Positions 11,901 through 23,915 of a DNA stretch of 64,000 nucleotides are shown here, one piece after another. Position 1 is the first letter of the stretch. The number at the start of each line of letters is the position of its first letter. The translations under genes were made by a program, and so were the position numbers. The notes under the pieces were generated by a model. That model had not been told where the DNA came from. It saw only the letters and a list, made by a program, of their open reading frames with translations, and did no database searches. Source of the stretch: Ramazzottius varieornatus (lineage: Eukaryota; Animalia; Tardigrada); assembly GCA_001949185.1 (NCBI GenBank), contig BDGG01000001.1:6671591-6735590 (forward strand), read 5' to 3'.

Positions 11901-14373
11901 CCTTCCATCCGTGGTTCTTCCCGAGCTCGTTCGCGTACTCCTCTGCTGGACGCCACCCGCGTCGGCTCCCGTGCTTCCTCCCTCTCGCGATTCGGCATCC
12001 AGAACACCTACGCACCCGTCGTCGAGCCCGACGAGAACGCCCCGCTGGACATCACCTCTGCCCTCAACGACTCGTCCTCCAGGAAGCGTCGGTCAAAGAG
12101 CACCAGCTCTCAAGCAGCGTCTGAGGTTGGCTCCACCCTGTCCAAGAAGAAAGCCAAGCTGGACGCACAAGCGTGGCCGGTAGAGCTGGACTTTGGTTCA
12201 GAGAAGAAAGGCTTCGTCTACAGTCTGCTGGAGAAGAAGAACATGACGGCCACCATGAAGAAACCCAAGCCGGGACACCAGGACACGCTGGTGGACTTCG
12301 CGGTTTATGGCAGGATCATGGACACAGCTTCCATGCTGGACAACGTGACGAGACCAGCGGACGGTTCCAGTGTAGAACAGACGCTGAGTGAAGACGTCGA
12401 GGCGCTCAAGAACAGCCTCGCTAAAAACGTAAGATTAGTTGGACTGAAAAATTTCTTGGCCGAAGAAATTTCGTAAACAGGGAGAAATTTGTTGGAAATA
12501 ACATGTCTGCGCGTACAAATACATGCTTATGTGAAACTAATATGTCTATCTCACCGAAGGTGGAAATGGTGTTTGGACATGGAACATCTGACGGTTGGTG
12601 GTTTTCTGGTTGCAGAAAAGTTGGTTGAAACTGGAAGAGGGAGTCGTGGTGGACTTGATGAAGGCGCTGCGCACAGCCTTCGATGAGAACTACGATCAGG
12701 ACCGTCTGAAGTCCATCTGGGCTAAAGGGGATGCTCAACAAGACTATAACTTGTCGGACAACGACGATGACGATGATATGGGTGTCAGTACTCAAAGCAA
12801 CGAGGTAAGCTAACCAGTACGATTATACATTTCCATGATGACAGTAAACGGAAGCTCGGTAAAAGCACTTGACAAGATTAATTCGTCAAGCGGCGCACGG
12901 CTTCGGTCTTACTGGCAGACTTCATGCGCCACTTGGGAAGATAATCTTGTTGAGTTTGATTGTTCTTCCAATGTAACGCACTTTTCAGTGTTGTTCGCGG
13001 ACAGCGTGCGTCACTTGAAAAAGGCAATCTGTCCACGTTTGTATGCCGTAATCGATTTTGTATGACTAAAGCTCTGCTTCTTGGCTTTTGATTTTCTTTC
13101 AGGAGACTTTTGCCCTGGGAACTCCGTCGGCGGTGCCATCTTCACAAGCTGACGAAACGCCCAGCGTTGCAGCGAGCAACGCAGCCGAAGGTACGGTTGA
13201 ACGAGCAGCTGAGGTACTGCACGCGGTGAACGGTGAGACAGGCAATCACAATCATGAGGAGGAGGACTGGCGCGGAACGGAAATCGGCGGTGTCGAAGAC
13301 GACTTCAACACGGCCGAACCTGAGGTAGAAGCTGGGGAAGGTACCATACCGAAAGCCAAGGAGAAAGTACCGACACAAGCTTCTTGGTCGTCGTCAGCGG
13401 AAGGCGAGGCTAACGAAGTCCTCGCCTTTGCGGAGGTATGAAAAAAATTGTCTGGAATGTCTAAGTTTGACCACGACAAACGGTCTCAGCAAGATCGCTT
13501 TTTCCAACTGGCGCACCCTCTCAGTTATTAACCGTGAGAAGTGCGGCACCTGGGGAAGCAATCGAGCTCGGCAGGATGGCGCACGCCCTTAGCTTTCGGA
13601 ACCGGAATCGTCCGCCGCTTAGGCAATTAGTCTTGTCGACTGTGTTTGTTGCGCTCGCAAGCTAACTTGAACGGTGACGGAATTGGTTTTTCGTGTTATA
13701 GAATATTGCCCTAAAGGATCTAACAGGTTCCGGTGTCAACATCAAAGAAATGAGAAAGGGGATTCTTAGGTCGTATCAGACGCTGCGCGACTGGAGGAGG
13801 AAGGCCTGTCCGGCCAGTGTGAAAGATGAGGACTTGCCGTTGATTACAGTACGGCATGTGGTCGATGTCGCACCGGTCAACCTCAACAAGAAGGAACTGG
13901 ACCATGTCAATCCGAGCGTCGTCCTTGTCTGTCTCCTCCACCTAGCTTACGAAGGGGTAATTTGACGACAACATAAAACTTTCTGGAAATGTAAATAGAA
14001 CGAAAATGGAGCATTCAGCAGATTTTCCATTATTTTTCAGAAATTATTTCTGGCGAACTCAAAAGACTTGAACGATCTGTTTGTCATGAACAAAGTTGAA
14101 TTCGATCGGTTCTCAAACGACAACGCCCACCTGAATCGCATAAACGAAGAATATCTCAGACGCCTTCAGCGGACTCAGATGGTCCCCAAGAAGGCTGGTC
14201 AACCTCTCCCGGTGGAAGATATTGAAGGCGTAGACTTGTCCGTCCTGTCCATCGGCCACTCGGACGATGATGAAGAAGGCAACCCGGAAAACGGTCCGTC
14301 CACCTCCGGTCACGTGTACAGAAGAGCCGATCGACGTAAAAGAGCACACTACGACTCTGATGATTCCGATTAA
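8941..14373 (+). CDS. NCAPH: Condensin I kleisin subunit CAP-H / barren (Cnd2 family), divergent, about 12 exons
   Basis: N-terminal kleisin motif KK/QITVKNAFDCKIID...YASRLELGGRVYGLRVENT (cf. KINxxNAW..LID...ASxTLDxxxKIYxxRVD). C-terminal VNIKEMRKGI...VNPSVVLVCLLHLAYEG/KLFL..SKDLNDLFV (cf. VDVKxLK...FxCLLHLANE..L...DL.I). GT-AG introns link the ORF pieces. Confidence 0.85.
10371..10906. mobile_element. ~535-bp MITE in a CAP-H intron
   Basis: Left TIR caaatgggttttgtcatataaaaaacggatttctc matches the reverse complement of gaaaaatccgttttccatatgacaaaacccaaatg. Confidence 0.75.
12852..13048. repeat. Intronic palindromic element, double-core copy
   Basis: caagcggcgcac...tgcgccacttggg followed by aatgtaacgcac...gtgcgtcacttg, inside outer arms aagctcggtaaa...tttgtatgccg. 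Confidence 0.75.
13474..13656. repeat. Intronic palindromic element, double-core copy
   Basis: caagatcgctttttccaactggcgcac...gtgcggcacctgggg, then gagctcggcaggatggcgcac...cgccgcttagg...tcttgtcgac. Confidence 0.7.
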
Positions 14374-15171
14374 ATTTCAGTTAGCTTGAGTTTTGCGGGA
14401 GATTAGAGACGTGGCAGCATATTAGAGTTTATGAAACAAAGTAGCACAGTATTAGTCTGTTTTTGTTTGTTGTTTAGTCTAAGTTTGTCGGATTTTCTTT
14501 GTGTTGACTCTTGCCTAGTATTTGGCAAGTTCGTGAACGTGGCCTTCTCCTTCGCACATAGATTGGACAGTATAGACTTTGGGATAGACTTCAGGATCTC
14601 CGTGGTCTTCCGGCCTAGTCGAACCGTACGTTGTCCTTTCGCATTTGTTTAGCTTGTTGCCTTCGACAGGTTTCTTTGTACTCTTATCGTAGCGAAACAG
14701 GACAATAGTAGACAATGTAAAAGTTGACGGTTTCTGTCCTCAAAATTAGACCATGTGCAATACTGAACCAGCTCAGCACTTCCTCGACGTGGAAATTCTC
14801 AGGAAATGCTACACGTGTACCGTTCTTAAAACTGCAAGTCCTTGATGGCTTTGGTTGTCTCGAGATACGTCAACGGACAAAGCCAAAGTATGGACCTTCA
14901 GTAGTAACTCGTCAGGTGGACAAGCAGAATTATATTCGGATGTATAACTTGCGCAACGTTATTTCTTTCAGAATGTGGCAGCGGAGCTTGCCAGATATAT
15001 CTGGGAGTTGCAGTTCTCCGATCAGGAGGGAGTGTGGTATGCAGTTCGAACAGGAATCACAGGCTTATTAGATGAAAGTAGGTATAGCACCGCAGAGATG
15101 GCGAGTACCATCAACTGGGCGAACTTAGGGTTATTGGTAGATGGTGAAGATTCCCGTTGGGGAACAAAGAA

Positions 15172-15213
15172 AATTCCGATGATTTCCGATGATTTCCGAT
15201 GAATTCCGATGAA
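15172..15213. repeat. 10-bp tandem repeat (ttccgatga-type unit), about 4 copies
   Basis: aattccgatgatttccgatgatttccgatgaattccgatgaa. Confidence 0.8.
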
Positions 15214-15660
15214 CAAGGCTGAAGCAACGAACAGCCGCAGCACAGAACGACGAAGTACGTACTGATACGTCAGGAAATCAACACCGATATGCGGACCGCG
15301 GTGATAGTCAGCGTACTTTTGGAAGTACTGTACATCAATAAGAAAATATTCCATAACATCCCACGATAAATATACCGAAAGACGACATCAAACAGCAGGC
15401 TCTGCGGTACCGAGACAGGTTAATGGTATCACAACGGTACGAGTAGATATAATTATAACTATACGGATACGCAGCGCACTATATCGGCTGCACAGCCTTG
15501 CTGTGAATATCCGGTGTTTGTGACGTCGTTCACATGGGCTTAGCGGGTGAGTCATCAGTGACTCCCAAAGGCATAAAGCAGCGTAAACTGTAGCGCTCAC
15601 CATCGTCGAAGAGAATTCTATGTGCTGTGTGGGTGTACGGTACACAGTTAGATGTGTGGC

Positions 15661-16220
15661 TTAATGATGAGCATTACATTTTACATTACATTACATTTTA
15701 CACGACAATTACACTTTTACACGACATTACAACCGCTTGGAACTTGTAATGTAAAATACAGGTGTAACTACAACCGTGAATACATGGCGCCGCAACGAGA
15801 GAAACTAGCAAGAAGGTCGAGTGATTGTGGAACAGTTTGATTGAATGTACACGCTAAGTTTGGGTTGATTACTTGACGAGGAAGCGGCAGAAGAAGACGG
15901 CGATAGTGACCAACCTGCGCCTTCCGGCGAGAAGGTTTTAACGTTGGCAGAGTTGTTTAATACTTCTGGTGTGTGAGGTTAATCCGTGAGCTTCATCGGT
16001 GAGCTTAGATTTATCGCGGTCGAGTTATTCTAGAGTAAGATATCGTTGCGTTATTGCTCTGGTGTGTTTTGCACAGTTGTTCCAGTTGTTTTCACACCGG
16101 AACAGCGCTAACAATTGTAAAATGTAATTCGTGTACGATGTAATTACACATTTGTAATTACACCGTTTTACACGACATTTTACATTACACGGACCAACTG
16201 CGTGTAATGCTCATCATTAG
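15661..16220. mobile_element. hAT-like non-autonomous element with TTACA subterminal repeats
   Basis: TIR taatgatgagcattaca...tgtaatgctcatcatta; dense ttaca/tgtaa arrays inside both ends; imperfect direct flanks tgtgtggc / actgtggc. Confidence 0.8.
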
Positions 16221-16965
16221 ACTGTGGCTTGCGCAATCCACACTTGCAGTTTTTCACGTGTTGAAGTTTCGTTTGACCGACTTCATCTCCCGGATGTTCT
16301 CGCGGATGTGTGGTTTCCTCCAGTGACTTCCTCGTTCTGGTTAGATCTAGCTCTGCAACTTACTTCCGGCGCGGGAAGTCCTGGTTACGAGTCAAGCCAG
16401 CTGCGGAAACGAACAGCGTTTGCTCCTTTGAGCCAGTAATTCTACCTCTGATGTTCCTTTCTTTCTCTACCGCGGTATTTTTTCGGTGCATGATGGTGCA
16501 CCGCGCATGCTCTGCTTATGGTGCGCGCGCTAAGCTCCGCCCTCCATTTCAGAAGGTACTCCAAAGTACTCGCAGACTGCGTATCCGTATAGCTATACGT
16601 AGATATCGATACCAGGAATGCCGACATCCGGAGCTGGATCTTTAATGGCAAAGGAATTTGTGCAGAACAGTTCTCCATCACGAATCTCTTGCTTGCATTG
16701 TTTAGGTTACACCAGACTTGGTGTAACCTAACAAGATCTGATCGCTTCGAGGACGGTAAACGTCCACAGTAACATACAATAGGAAACTTCGGTGATGGAG
16801 TACTACGGCAAGTGAAAAAGATTTCTTCCCATGTAAACGAGCAAAAATAATCTTCGTGGTATCGGCGCATAAAACTCTAGTCTACCGTGTATTGACTTTA
16901 TTTTGATTGAAAACATTTTGAGCTAGAATTAACCTAATACTAGCAGAGCCCATATATTCTGAATA

Positions 16966-17168
16966 GTCCCGCAACATTGATTGCTGAGAGAGTGGACGAA
17001 GCGATTAGGAAATGCGGTCTTTGCGAAGATCGGCCTCAGGAAGTCACGTTTGTACCTTGTGGACACTTTTTTGCTTGCGGGGAATGCGCGTCGGCCGATG
17101 CTTTTGGAACGGTATGTCCCGTTTGTAGACAAGAGATCACCGACAAGATCAAGACCTACCAGTGCTAA
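16966..17168 (+). pseudogene. C3HC4 RING-finger terminal exon (IAP/MGRN1-type RING); upstream exons appear decayed
   Basis: CGLCEDRPQEVTFVPCGHFFACGECAS....VCPVCRQEITDKIKTY-stop is a typical C-terminal RING. Upstream candidate exons (14972-15200, 16580-16870) contain stops and are separated by a transposon. Confidence 0.55.
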
Positions 17169-19407
17169 TCGTTGTAACCAGCAGTCAACTTGATGATTGG
17201 CAACAATCCGCCATAGCCTCTGTCTTCTTGTCTTTTCGATGGTGAGAAACGTTTCGGACCATGACAGTTTTCGTTTCAAAATGAGAATTTTGGCTTGTTA
17301 CATTCTTACCTATGCTTTAGAATTTGGAAAATATAGCCTTAACCTTGGAATCGTGGAAGGTGACTGACAAAGGATGCTCGCGCTTTGGTTCACCATCACA
17401 GATTACCAGTGTTAGCTCAACAACAGGATACAATTGAACCTATCAAATATAGTTCATTGACTGGCACGTGTGGTCGCCAGTACTTTACCGGATTATTAAT
17501 ATTGTTTGAACAAAATGCGGACGGATCTCCGCTGCGACTGTCAGTTAACCACAAAGTCGATTTGCGAGGATATCATTTCACACATGGACCGAGCACTTGA
17601 CGATGTCGCAAACCTTCAATATCTTCATTTTGAATGTGTCTTCGTGAGATAAAGTTGTCTGCTCTTGTCAAATTCGATTCACGATTCGGCGTGACAGCAC
17701 CAATATGCGGTTGCCACGTCCGCAGGCATATCACGGGGCTGTTTTTCAGTGATCCATCATTAGTACGCTATGGGAGGATCTGAAAGGGCTTGAAAGTGCA
17801 CTTCTTGAGCCAGCGCGGTGACATGCAGATTTCCCGAAAACCATCACATAGTCTGGATGTCGACTCATAAAGATGGCAGTGCGTCGGTGTCGTTTGCGCA
17901 CGTACGTACGTACTTCCGTGCCACTGTTTCGGAATCGCCTGATCCAAACGTTTTACTGCTCCAAACTTTCTCTTCGTGCGTGTACGTAAGTTTCTCCCAC
18001 ATCTCACCGGCACGGGCTACGGGACATGAGCTACGTCTGTGCATGGCTCACTGTGCGTGGCAACCAACTTAAGGTGCCGTGTTTTGTAGCCCCCTTTCAA
18101 AATTCGGCGCCGGAATTTTCGTATCATTCCAACTCGTTCTAGAGAGCTTAATTTGCCTTCTGTTTAAATAGCCAGTTTCAAGACATTCGAATGAAAGAAC
18201 ATTTTGAAAACTAAATTTCGAACGCTCTCATCGAGACACCTTCTCACACGTTGCTTATAATTGTTTTGTAAAATTCCACCTTCTGAAACCGTCAGACTAA
18301 CGATACTTCGGTGTAGTCTGTTTGAAAACTGATGTTTTTGTAGTGTTTTTACAAAAACGGTTCGGGCGGAAAATCAAAGCAGCCTGAGATATGAAACCAC
18401 GAAGACGAAAAGTGAGGGTCTGCCCCGATCGACTGGCGTGCATGTTTTTACGTTCAACAGACGTACTTCAAAACCATGCCGGTTTTCCTATCCCACCGTA
18501 ATCAAGCATTCCCGCAGAGCTTCAGTAACGTTTGAAATGTATTAAAAAATGTCTCAAAGAATTCTGGTTTTCAACAAAAATTTTGAAATGTTTCAAAGGG
18601 AAGCGAATTTTTTACCGAGGGACCTCAAGTTTACTGCCACGCACAGTACAAACCCGAAACACTCTTCAGCCACCAAAAGCTCCCTTCTCACGTGCCCTTC
18701 TCGCCGAACAACAACGTAAGGTACAATCAAGGGGAAGTCCAGTGGGTCTTCGTCTTTCAAAGCCAAATTCCGGCTCACGGCCAGATGCTGATTATGCACA
18801 ATTTACGCTATTCGAACAGCAACATCAGTCTTTTCTGCCACTACATCCGAGACTGATGGAAAAAATCCAGAGGTCACGCTGCTTTCTGCAGCATCTGGTC
18901 TAGATTATATCAAACTCGTGAATGGCCCTCAGCGCCCACCGGAACGGTGTTTCCTGATCCACACTGTTTGCACTTTCTGTACGGCAAATTCAGGAAGCTC
19001 GGTCCTTTTCTAACAAAAGCGAACGATTACAGCTAGTATAACACACCGAGGCTAGCTTTCTGTTACCGGGGTATTCGTGTGGACAACCACCAACTCGTCC
19101 GATGTAATTGATTGGAAAGGCTACCACAGTCGTGAGCTGTGCACATCATGACAAGGGCCCATCCCAGTATCACGCAAGGCGCAAATCAACTTTTTTCTAC
19201 CCGTACCCTACCCACTGTCAGATCTGGTCAAAACTTCGAGGACCTTCTTCCTTGGGTAAGATTTTCGCTGACCCCATTGAGAAAATTTTTATTGATCCAT
19301 ACATTTCTGGAATAAATTCGAAATCGGAAAATACAACGGTTTCGTCTGCGAGCTAGTTCGACATGATGTCGCAGATCACACCGACTCAGCCCATATAAAT
19401 AAAATTA

Positions 19408-20924
19408 CTATAGTGCTCGCAGCTTAACGCGCACTCAACCACGTGAACAGTAAATAACGCCCGATCGGGGATTACAGACGGTGTACTGTTTTATGAACAA
19501 TCAATGATGGGCCAACGGTTAAGACAAGTGTTATTCTGAAAAGTCAAGCTCAAATGGCGCATTTCCATGTGAAGCGTTACCAGTAACTGCTCACTCTTAT
19601 TCGGTCCTCACTTGCCCGGAATCTTTGCGCTACGAAGCAGAAACATCAGGTCCCGTGAAGCTTATGCAACAGATATCGCTTGACTCACCTCCAGTTACGT
19701 ATGGTTGATTCAGGAATTCCTGTAAGCTTCGCATACTTTCTCCTCGACAATCCGCTCTCTTCATAGTTCCTCAGAGCTTTCTCCGCATCCTTATCGGTAT
19801 AAAATACACGAGTCTTAGCCATGATAATGTTTTCTACCTTCGAATCCAGTAAAAGAAAGTGGAATTCAAAGCGGATCGTTTTTCAAAATGACTGACGACC
19901 CAGTAAAGTCAATCAACTCATACCATTCTGGCAACAGCTGATCATACCGGGCAAACATGACTAATCACATAGTTGAGTACGCGTTAAACTGCGAGCACTA
20001 CGAGGTAGAGGGCATGAGTTTTGCGTATTTATTTTTGGGTCATGAGTTCTGTAATTCATACAAAAATAACGAGTGGCAGATCAAACGTTGCCTCTGGATA
20101 GAATGGTACAATCATTCATGGTCTCACTCGCTATTACGGTATCAAGCGTTTGGGAGCAGGTAGTTAAAATATACGATGCACGACCGGAAGGAGGGTTGCT
20201 CCCGTGTCAAAGAGCCTACGAATTCAAAAGTATCACGGTCGCCAGAGGCGCTCAAGTAGCAGTCTCCGATGAAGCAATGACGTCTACGTCAGCCGCGGAT
20301 ACACGTCACGAAGCTGGTTTCTGAGTGTGAACGAAGCCGTAAGTGTATAGCGCTGGTATGCGGCTTACATGACGTACTTCCGGCGCATAGTCAGCAGACA
20401 GCTGCCAGCTAATACGGCGAGGCCAAATTTCATAAAGGATCATCTTCTGAATTCTTACTCCATGCCCTTAGACATGGCTTCCTTCAAACTCCACACAGCC
20501 TCTCAGGTTGGCAAGCAGTTGAGCATGGACGATGCTGTTCGTGCAGTGAAGGAAGGAGGGATGACAGCAAACAGTGCTCCACAGAAAGGGCCATCACTGT
20601 CGAAGAAAGCTGCTGCACAGAAACGTTGAGACGCCACCGAAATCCTTCCTAATATCTGTCCTAACTTCCAACGTCCGATCAGCAACAGTCGTGCAACGAG
20701 ATAAAATTAACCATCAAACAGTTTTGTTGAATTTTAGCTGAATGTGTGAAATCGCGGTACCGATGGCGTACCGCAATAAGGATATTGCTGTATGAACCCC
20801 AAAGTCATACGGCTTATAGCAGCTGACTGCAAGACGTACGTGTGCTGCCATCGTAAACCGCAACTACGCAGAACTCATAGGCCAAATTAAAATACGCAAA
20901 ACTTATGACTTCTACCTCGTACAG
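19408..20924 (-). mobile_element. pogo/Tc2-like DNA transposon deletion derivative with an HTH remnant; right TIR interrupted by a nested insertion
   Basis: Left end TA|ctatagtgctcgcagcttaacgcgcactcaac; right end reconstructs as gttgagtacgcgttaaactgcgagcacta[insert]cag|TA. Minus-strand MAKTRVFYTDKDAEKALRNYEESGLSRRKYAKLTGIPESTIRNW (about 19822-19690) is HTH_psq/CENP-B-like. Confidence 0.8.
20001..20919 (+). mobile_element. Nested Tc1/mariner/pogo-superfamily element with TA target duplication and ~50-bp TIRs
   Basis: TA|cgaggtagagggcatgagttttgcgtattt...catgagttctg versus cagaactcat...aatacgcaaaacttatgacttctacctcg|TA. Internal remnant SMDDAVRAVKEGGMTANSA resembles HTH_psq. Confidence 0.85.
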
Positions 20925-21015
20925 TAACAAATGTGGTTGGGAGGTGGTGAAAAAACAATGTGGGAGCGCTGGACGGCATACCGCGTCCCACATTGATTTC
21001 CCCACTGCTGTCACT

Positions 21016-21822
21016 TAGAGCTGTTAAAAACCAGACCAGACCACTTAGAAAGTGGTTTATATGGTTTTTGTGGTTCGTGGTTTCACGTCCAAACCAACCC
21101 ACCTCAAACCATTTGGCATCTCAAACCAAACCACTCAAACCGGTTTCGATCTAACGCCAAACCATGTAAACCACTGGCTTATGTGGTTTAATGTGGTTTC
21201 GGGTAAGGGGAAGTATCATAAAAAATCTGCGGATTCCGTGCTAGAACTCGGGCTGAAATTGGCCATCTCGCAAGGCCAATCCTCCTCTACCCACTGCCAC
21301 CGTGCGCAGCCACGTCCGTTCTGCTTGGCTATGAGTGACACGTGATGCACAGCTTCAACTGGGTGCGCACTGTGTCATAAGCTGGCGGGACGAGCAGAAA
21401 TCGCAGTTCCGACAGTGTTGGACAGCACTGCTTGCGGAAAAATGATTGTACTACCATATGGCTTGCTATGATGCTTTTTCAAATGCAGCACGCGCCTGTT
21501 TTGCCTGTTTGCGTCTGTTCGTAGAGAAACCAGCAACTGTCGCTCAACTTCTTGTCCTCGGTGGTTTTTTTATGTTGATTAGTCAATTGAAGAAAACTGT
21601 GACGGAATAGGCTATGCACTGTGAAAAAAAGCTGTTCGCAAACCGGTTCAAGCCGGCGGTTCATGTGGTTTGGTCTAAATGGTTTGGTTTGGAATTTAGA
21701 CCAAACCACTTTTGGTGGTTTGCGGGAGAAACCATTTTCATTTAACCGGTTTGGCATGTAAACCACCACTTAAACCAAACCAACCAAACCAAACCATATG
21801 GTTCAAACCATTAACAGCTCTA
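21016..21822. mobile_element. hAT-family MITE (807 bp) with 8-bp TSD and AAACC subterminal repeats
   Basis: Perfect 12-bp TIR tagagctgttaa...ttaacagctcta; TSD ctgtcact/ctgccact (7 of 8); arrays of aaacc/ggttt at both ends. Confidence 0.92.
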
Positions 21823-21911
21823 CTGCCACTGTATCCAGGTCCGACCTTTCCATGGGTTGCGGTACGCTGGATGTAGATCATGGATGATGTACCCAGAGGG
21901 TCACAGGTGTT

Positions 21912-22079
21912 TACTTTAAAATTCCGATCGTTTCGGACGGAATTTAAGTACGTGCGTGCATTTGTACCCTAGGTCGTAGATATGTTTTACTGTACGTATC
22001 GATCTTCGATCAGCTGATCGGGGATACAAATGCACGCACGTACTCAAATTCTGTCCGAAATTTTCGGAATTTTAAAGTA
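21912..22079. mobile_element. ~168-bp hairpin MITE with TA termini
   Basis: tactttaaaattccga..tttcggacggaatttaagtacgtgcgtgcatttgta is mirrored by tacaaatgcacgcacgtactcaaattctgtccgaaa..tcggaattttaaagta. Confidence 0.85.
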
Positions 22080-22178
22080 GTTAGTCAAAACCTGTGGTCA
22101 AAACCGGAAACCTCAGATAATTAGTACCTCATGTGCCCGCCGTACTGAAGAGTAAGAGCTGGCAATGCAACTGCCTTC

Positions 22179-22304
22179 TACAGTAATTCTTCTTGAATCT
22201 CACGCACTGACGTCACCATGCGCGCCACTTTTACGGGTGTAGTGACCCGTATAGTTCACGCGAGGTGTGACGTGTATGCGTGAGATTCACGAAGCATTAC
22301 AGTA
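22179..22304. mobile_element. ~125-bp hairpin MITE, same family as 52288-52412
   Basis: tacagtaattcttcttgaatctcacgca...tgcgtgagattcacgaagcattacagta. Confidence 0.7.
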
Positions 22305-22472
22305 CTTTTTTATGCCTAAACCGTGTGTTCGTGTCCCAAAAACCATTAATAATTCCAATCAAACAAAAAAGCGGGGCTTTCCATTCCATATGACTCGCCA
22401 TCCCAAAAGTCGCTGTTAGTCTAACTGCAAAAATGCATACTAGAAAACTGGCTACAACATCTGCAATAAACC

Positions 22473-23915
22473 TCAATAAATAAATCCGTCATTTCTTTCG
22501 CGAAAAGGCGAGCGGGTTCTGTCCTGCGCCCTAGCTTGCGTGAACGGATCCCGGTCGCTGCTCAATGGCCTCCTTGCATGTCTATCGGGAAAATCCCTAT
22601 CCAAGTCCCTATCCCGAACCTCCGCCTCGGTCTTCGTCGTCGTCACAGTTTTCCTGACTAACAGCTGGTCGTTCACCGCGCTAGGACTACGTCCAACCGG
22701 GTGATCCAGCGGCCGGGGGTCCAGATAGCTCCACGCTCGCGGGTCCAGTCCTTTGGGCCGTCGAGATGCAACACGTGGCTCGTCGTCGAAGTCTCGTTCG
22801 GCAATGCGGTCCAAGTCCCGATCGGGGTTGGATCGCGGTCTGTGAGCCCGATGGGGAGGACTGACGGCTTCCGGGCGAATGCGCGGGATGATCTGGCTGG
22901 AGGTCTCCATATCATCGTACTTGTCCCGTCGGCTACGTTCGCGCCTGCTGAGGTGCCGCGGGTCTTGGTACTGGCTCATCTCTTGATCATACTGGCTAAC
23001 GTGAGGTTGGCGATTTTGATGATCGTCGGAGCGTCGAGTGGACACCGGTCGGGAACCTACAGGGATGACGGTGGGCGGACTGGCGGTGACAACAGCTGGA
23101 CGGTCATACTCGGTCACTTGGGTTCGTCGCACTTGATCGCCGTTGGGCTGGGTGACAATGTTGTCCACGGTCCGCACCTGGTGGACTGCCGGACTTTGCT
23201 GTGACGAAACAAAAGGACAAAACAGTATAAACAACATTCAAACAATTTCTTAACTTCTTCAGAGCAGCCTAGTGAGAACTCCCACAGAAATTAGCGCTGC
23301 TTGGTTTCACCGCAACGTGGCTGATGTGCGCCATTTCACCACAGATAAAAAAGATGCGAAAGGAAGCGACTAGCAGCTAAGGAAATCTAGCATGCTTATT
23401 CCACTTCTGCCTTGTGTACCTGGGTCGTCGTGATGGGTTGCAGCGGAATGGCTCCGTTGTTGACCAGTGTCCCGTTCTCCACAAAGTGCACGCCAGCCAG
23501 ATCGTCAGATTCCGGCTGGAGGACCACCGGTGCAGCAGGCCAAGACTGGCTCACCGGGACAGCTGGTTGATACGTTGTGTACACAGTCCCAGATTGAAGT
23601 TTTTCCAGTTTTTCGTTAGCTGTGGCAAGTCTAAGAATGAATCAGCTTAGTTTACATGCGTAACAACGCAGATTAGAAAGTGGTAGTTTTACACCAGCAG
23701 TACTCTGGAAACAAACTTATTACTTGTACGCCATGACAATGACTGCTATAATCAAAATAAGGATGATTCCTCCTCCACCTCCTGCCGCTACGTAGAACCA
23801 TAATTCTGAAAATAACGAATGTTTTTTTGGGGGTGTTAGTGATAACTACTTGGATACTGTATTCTCGTTAGTAAGCAACGCGTCGGTACTTACCCCAGCT
23901 CTTCAGCGGCAACAT
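22473..23915 (-). CDS. Single-pass membrane protein with a long Arg/Asp/Pro-rich disordered cytoplasmic tail, 4 exons
   Basis: Spliced reading MLPLKSW/ELWFYVAAGGGGGIILILIIAVIVMAYK/LATANEKLEKLQSGTVYTTYQP...ITTTQ/QSPAVHQ...RNDGFIY-stop, with phase-compatible GT-AG junctions. Confidence 0.7.

Noticed and set aside
18069-18630. Possible TTAA-flanked (Kolobok/piggyBac-like) element starting ttaaggtgccgtg
   Set aside because: I could not find a convincing matching right TIR.
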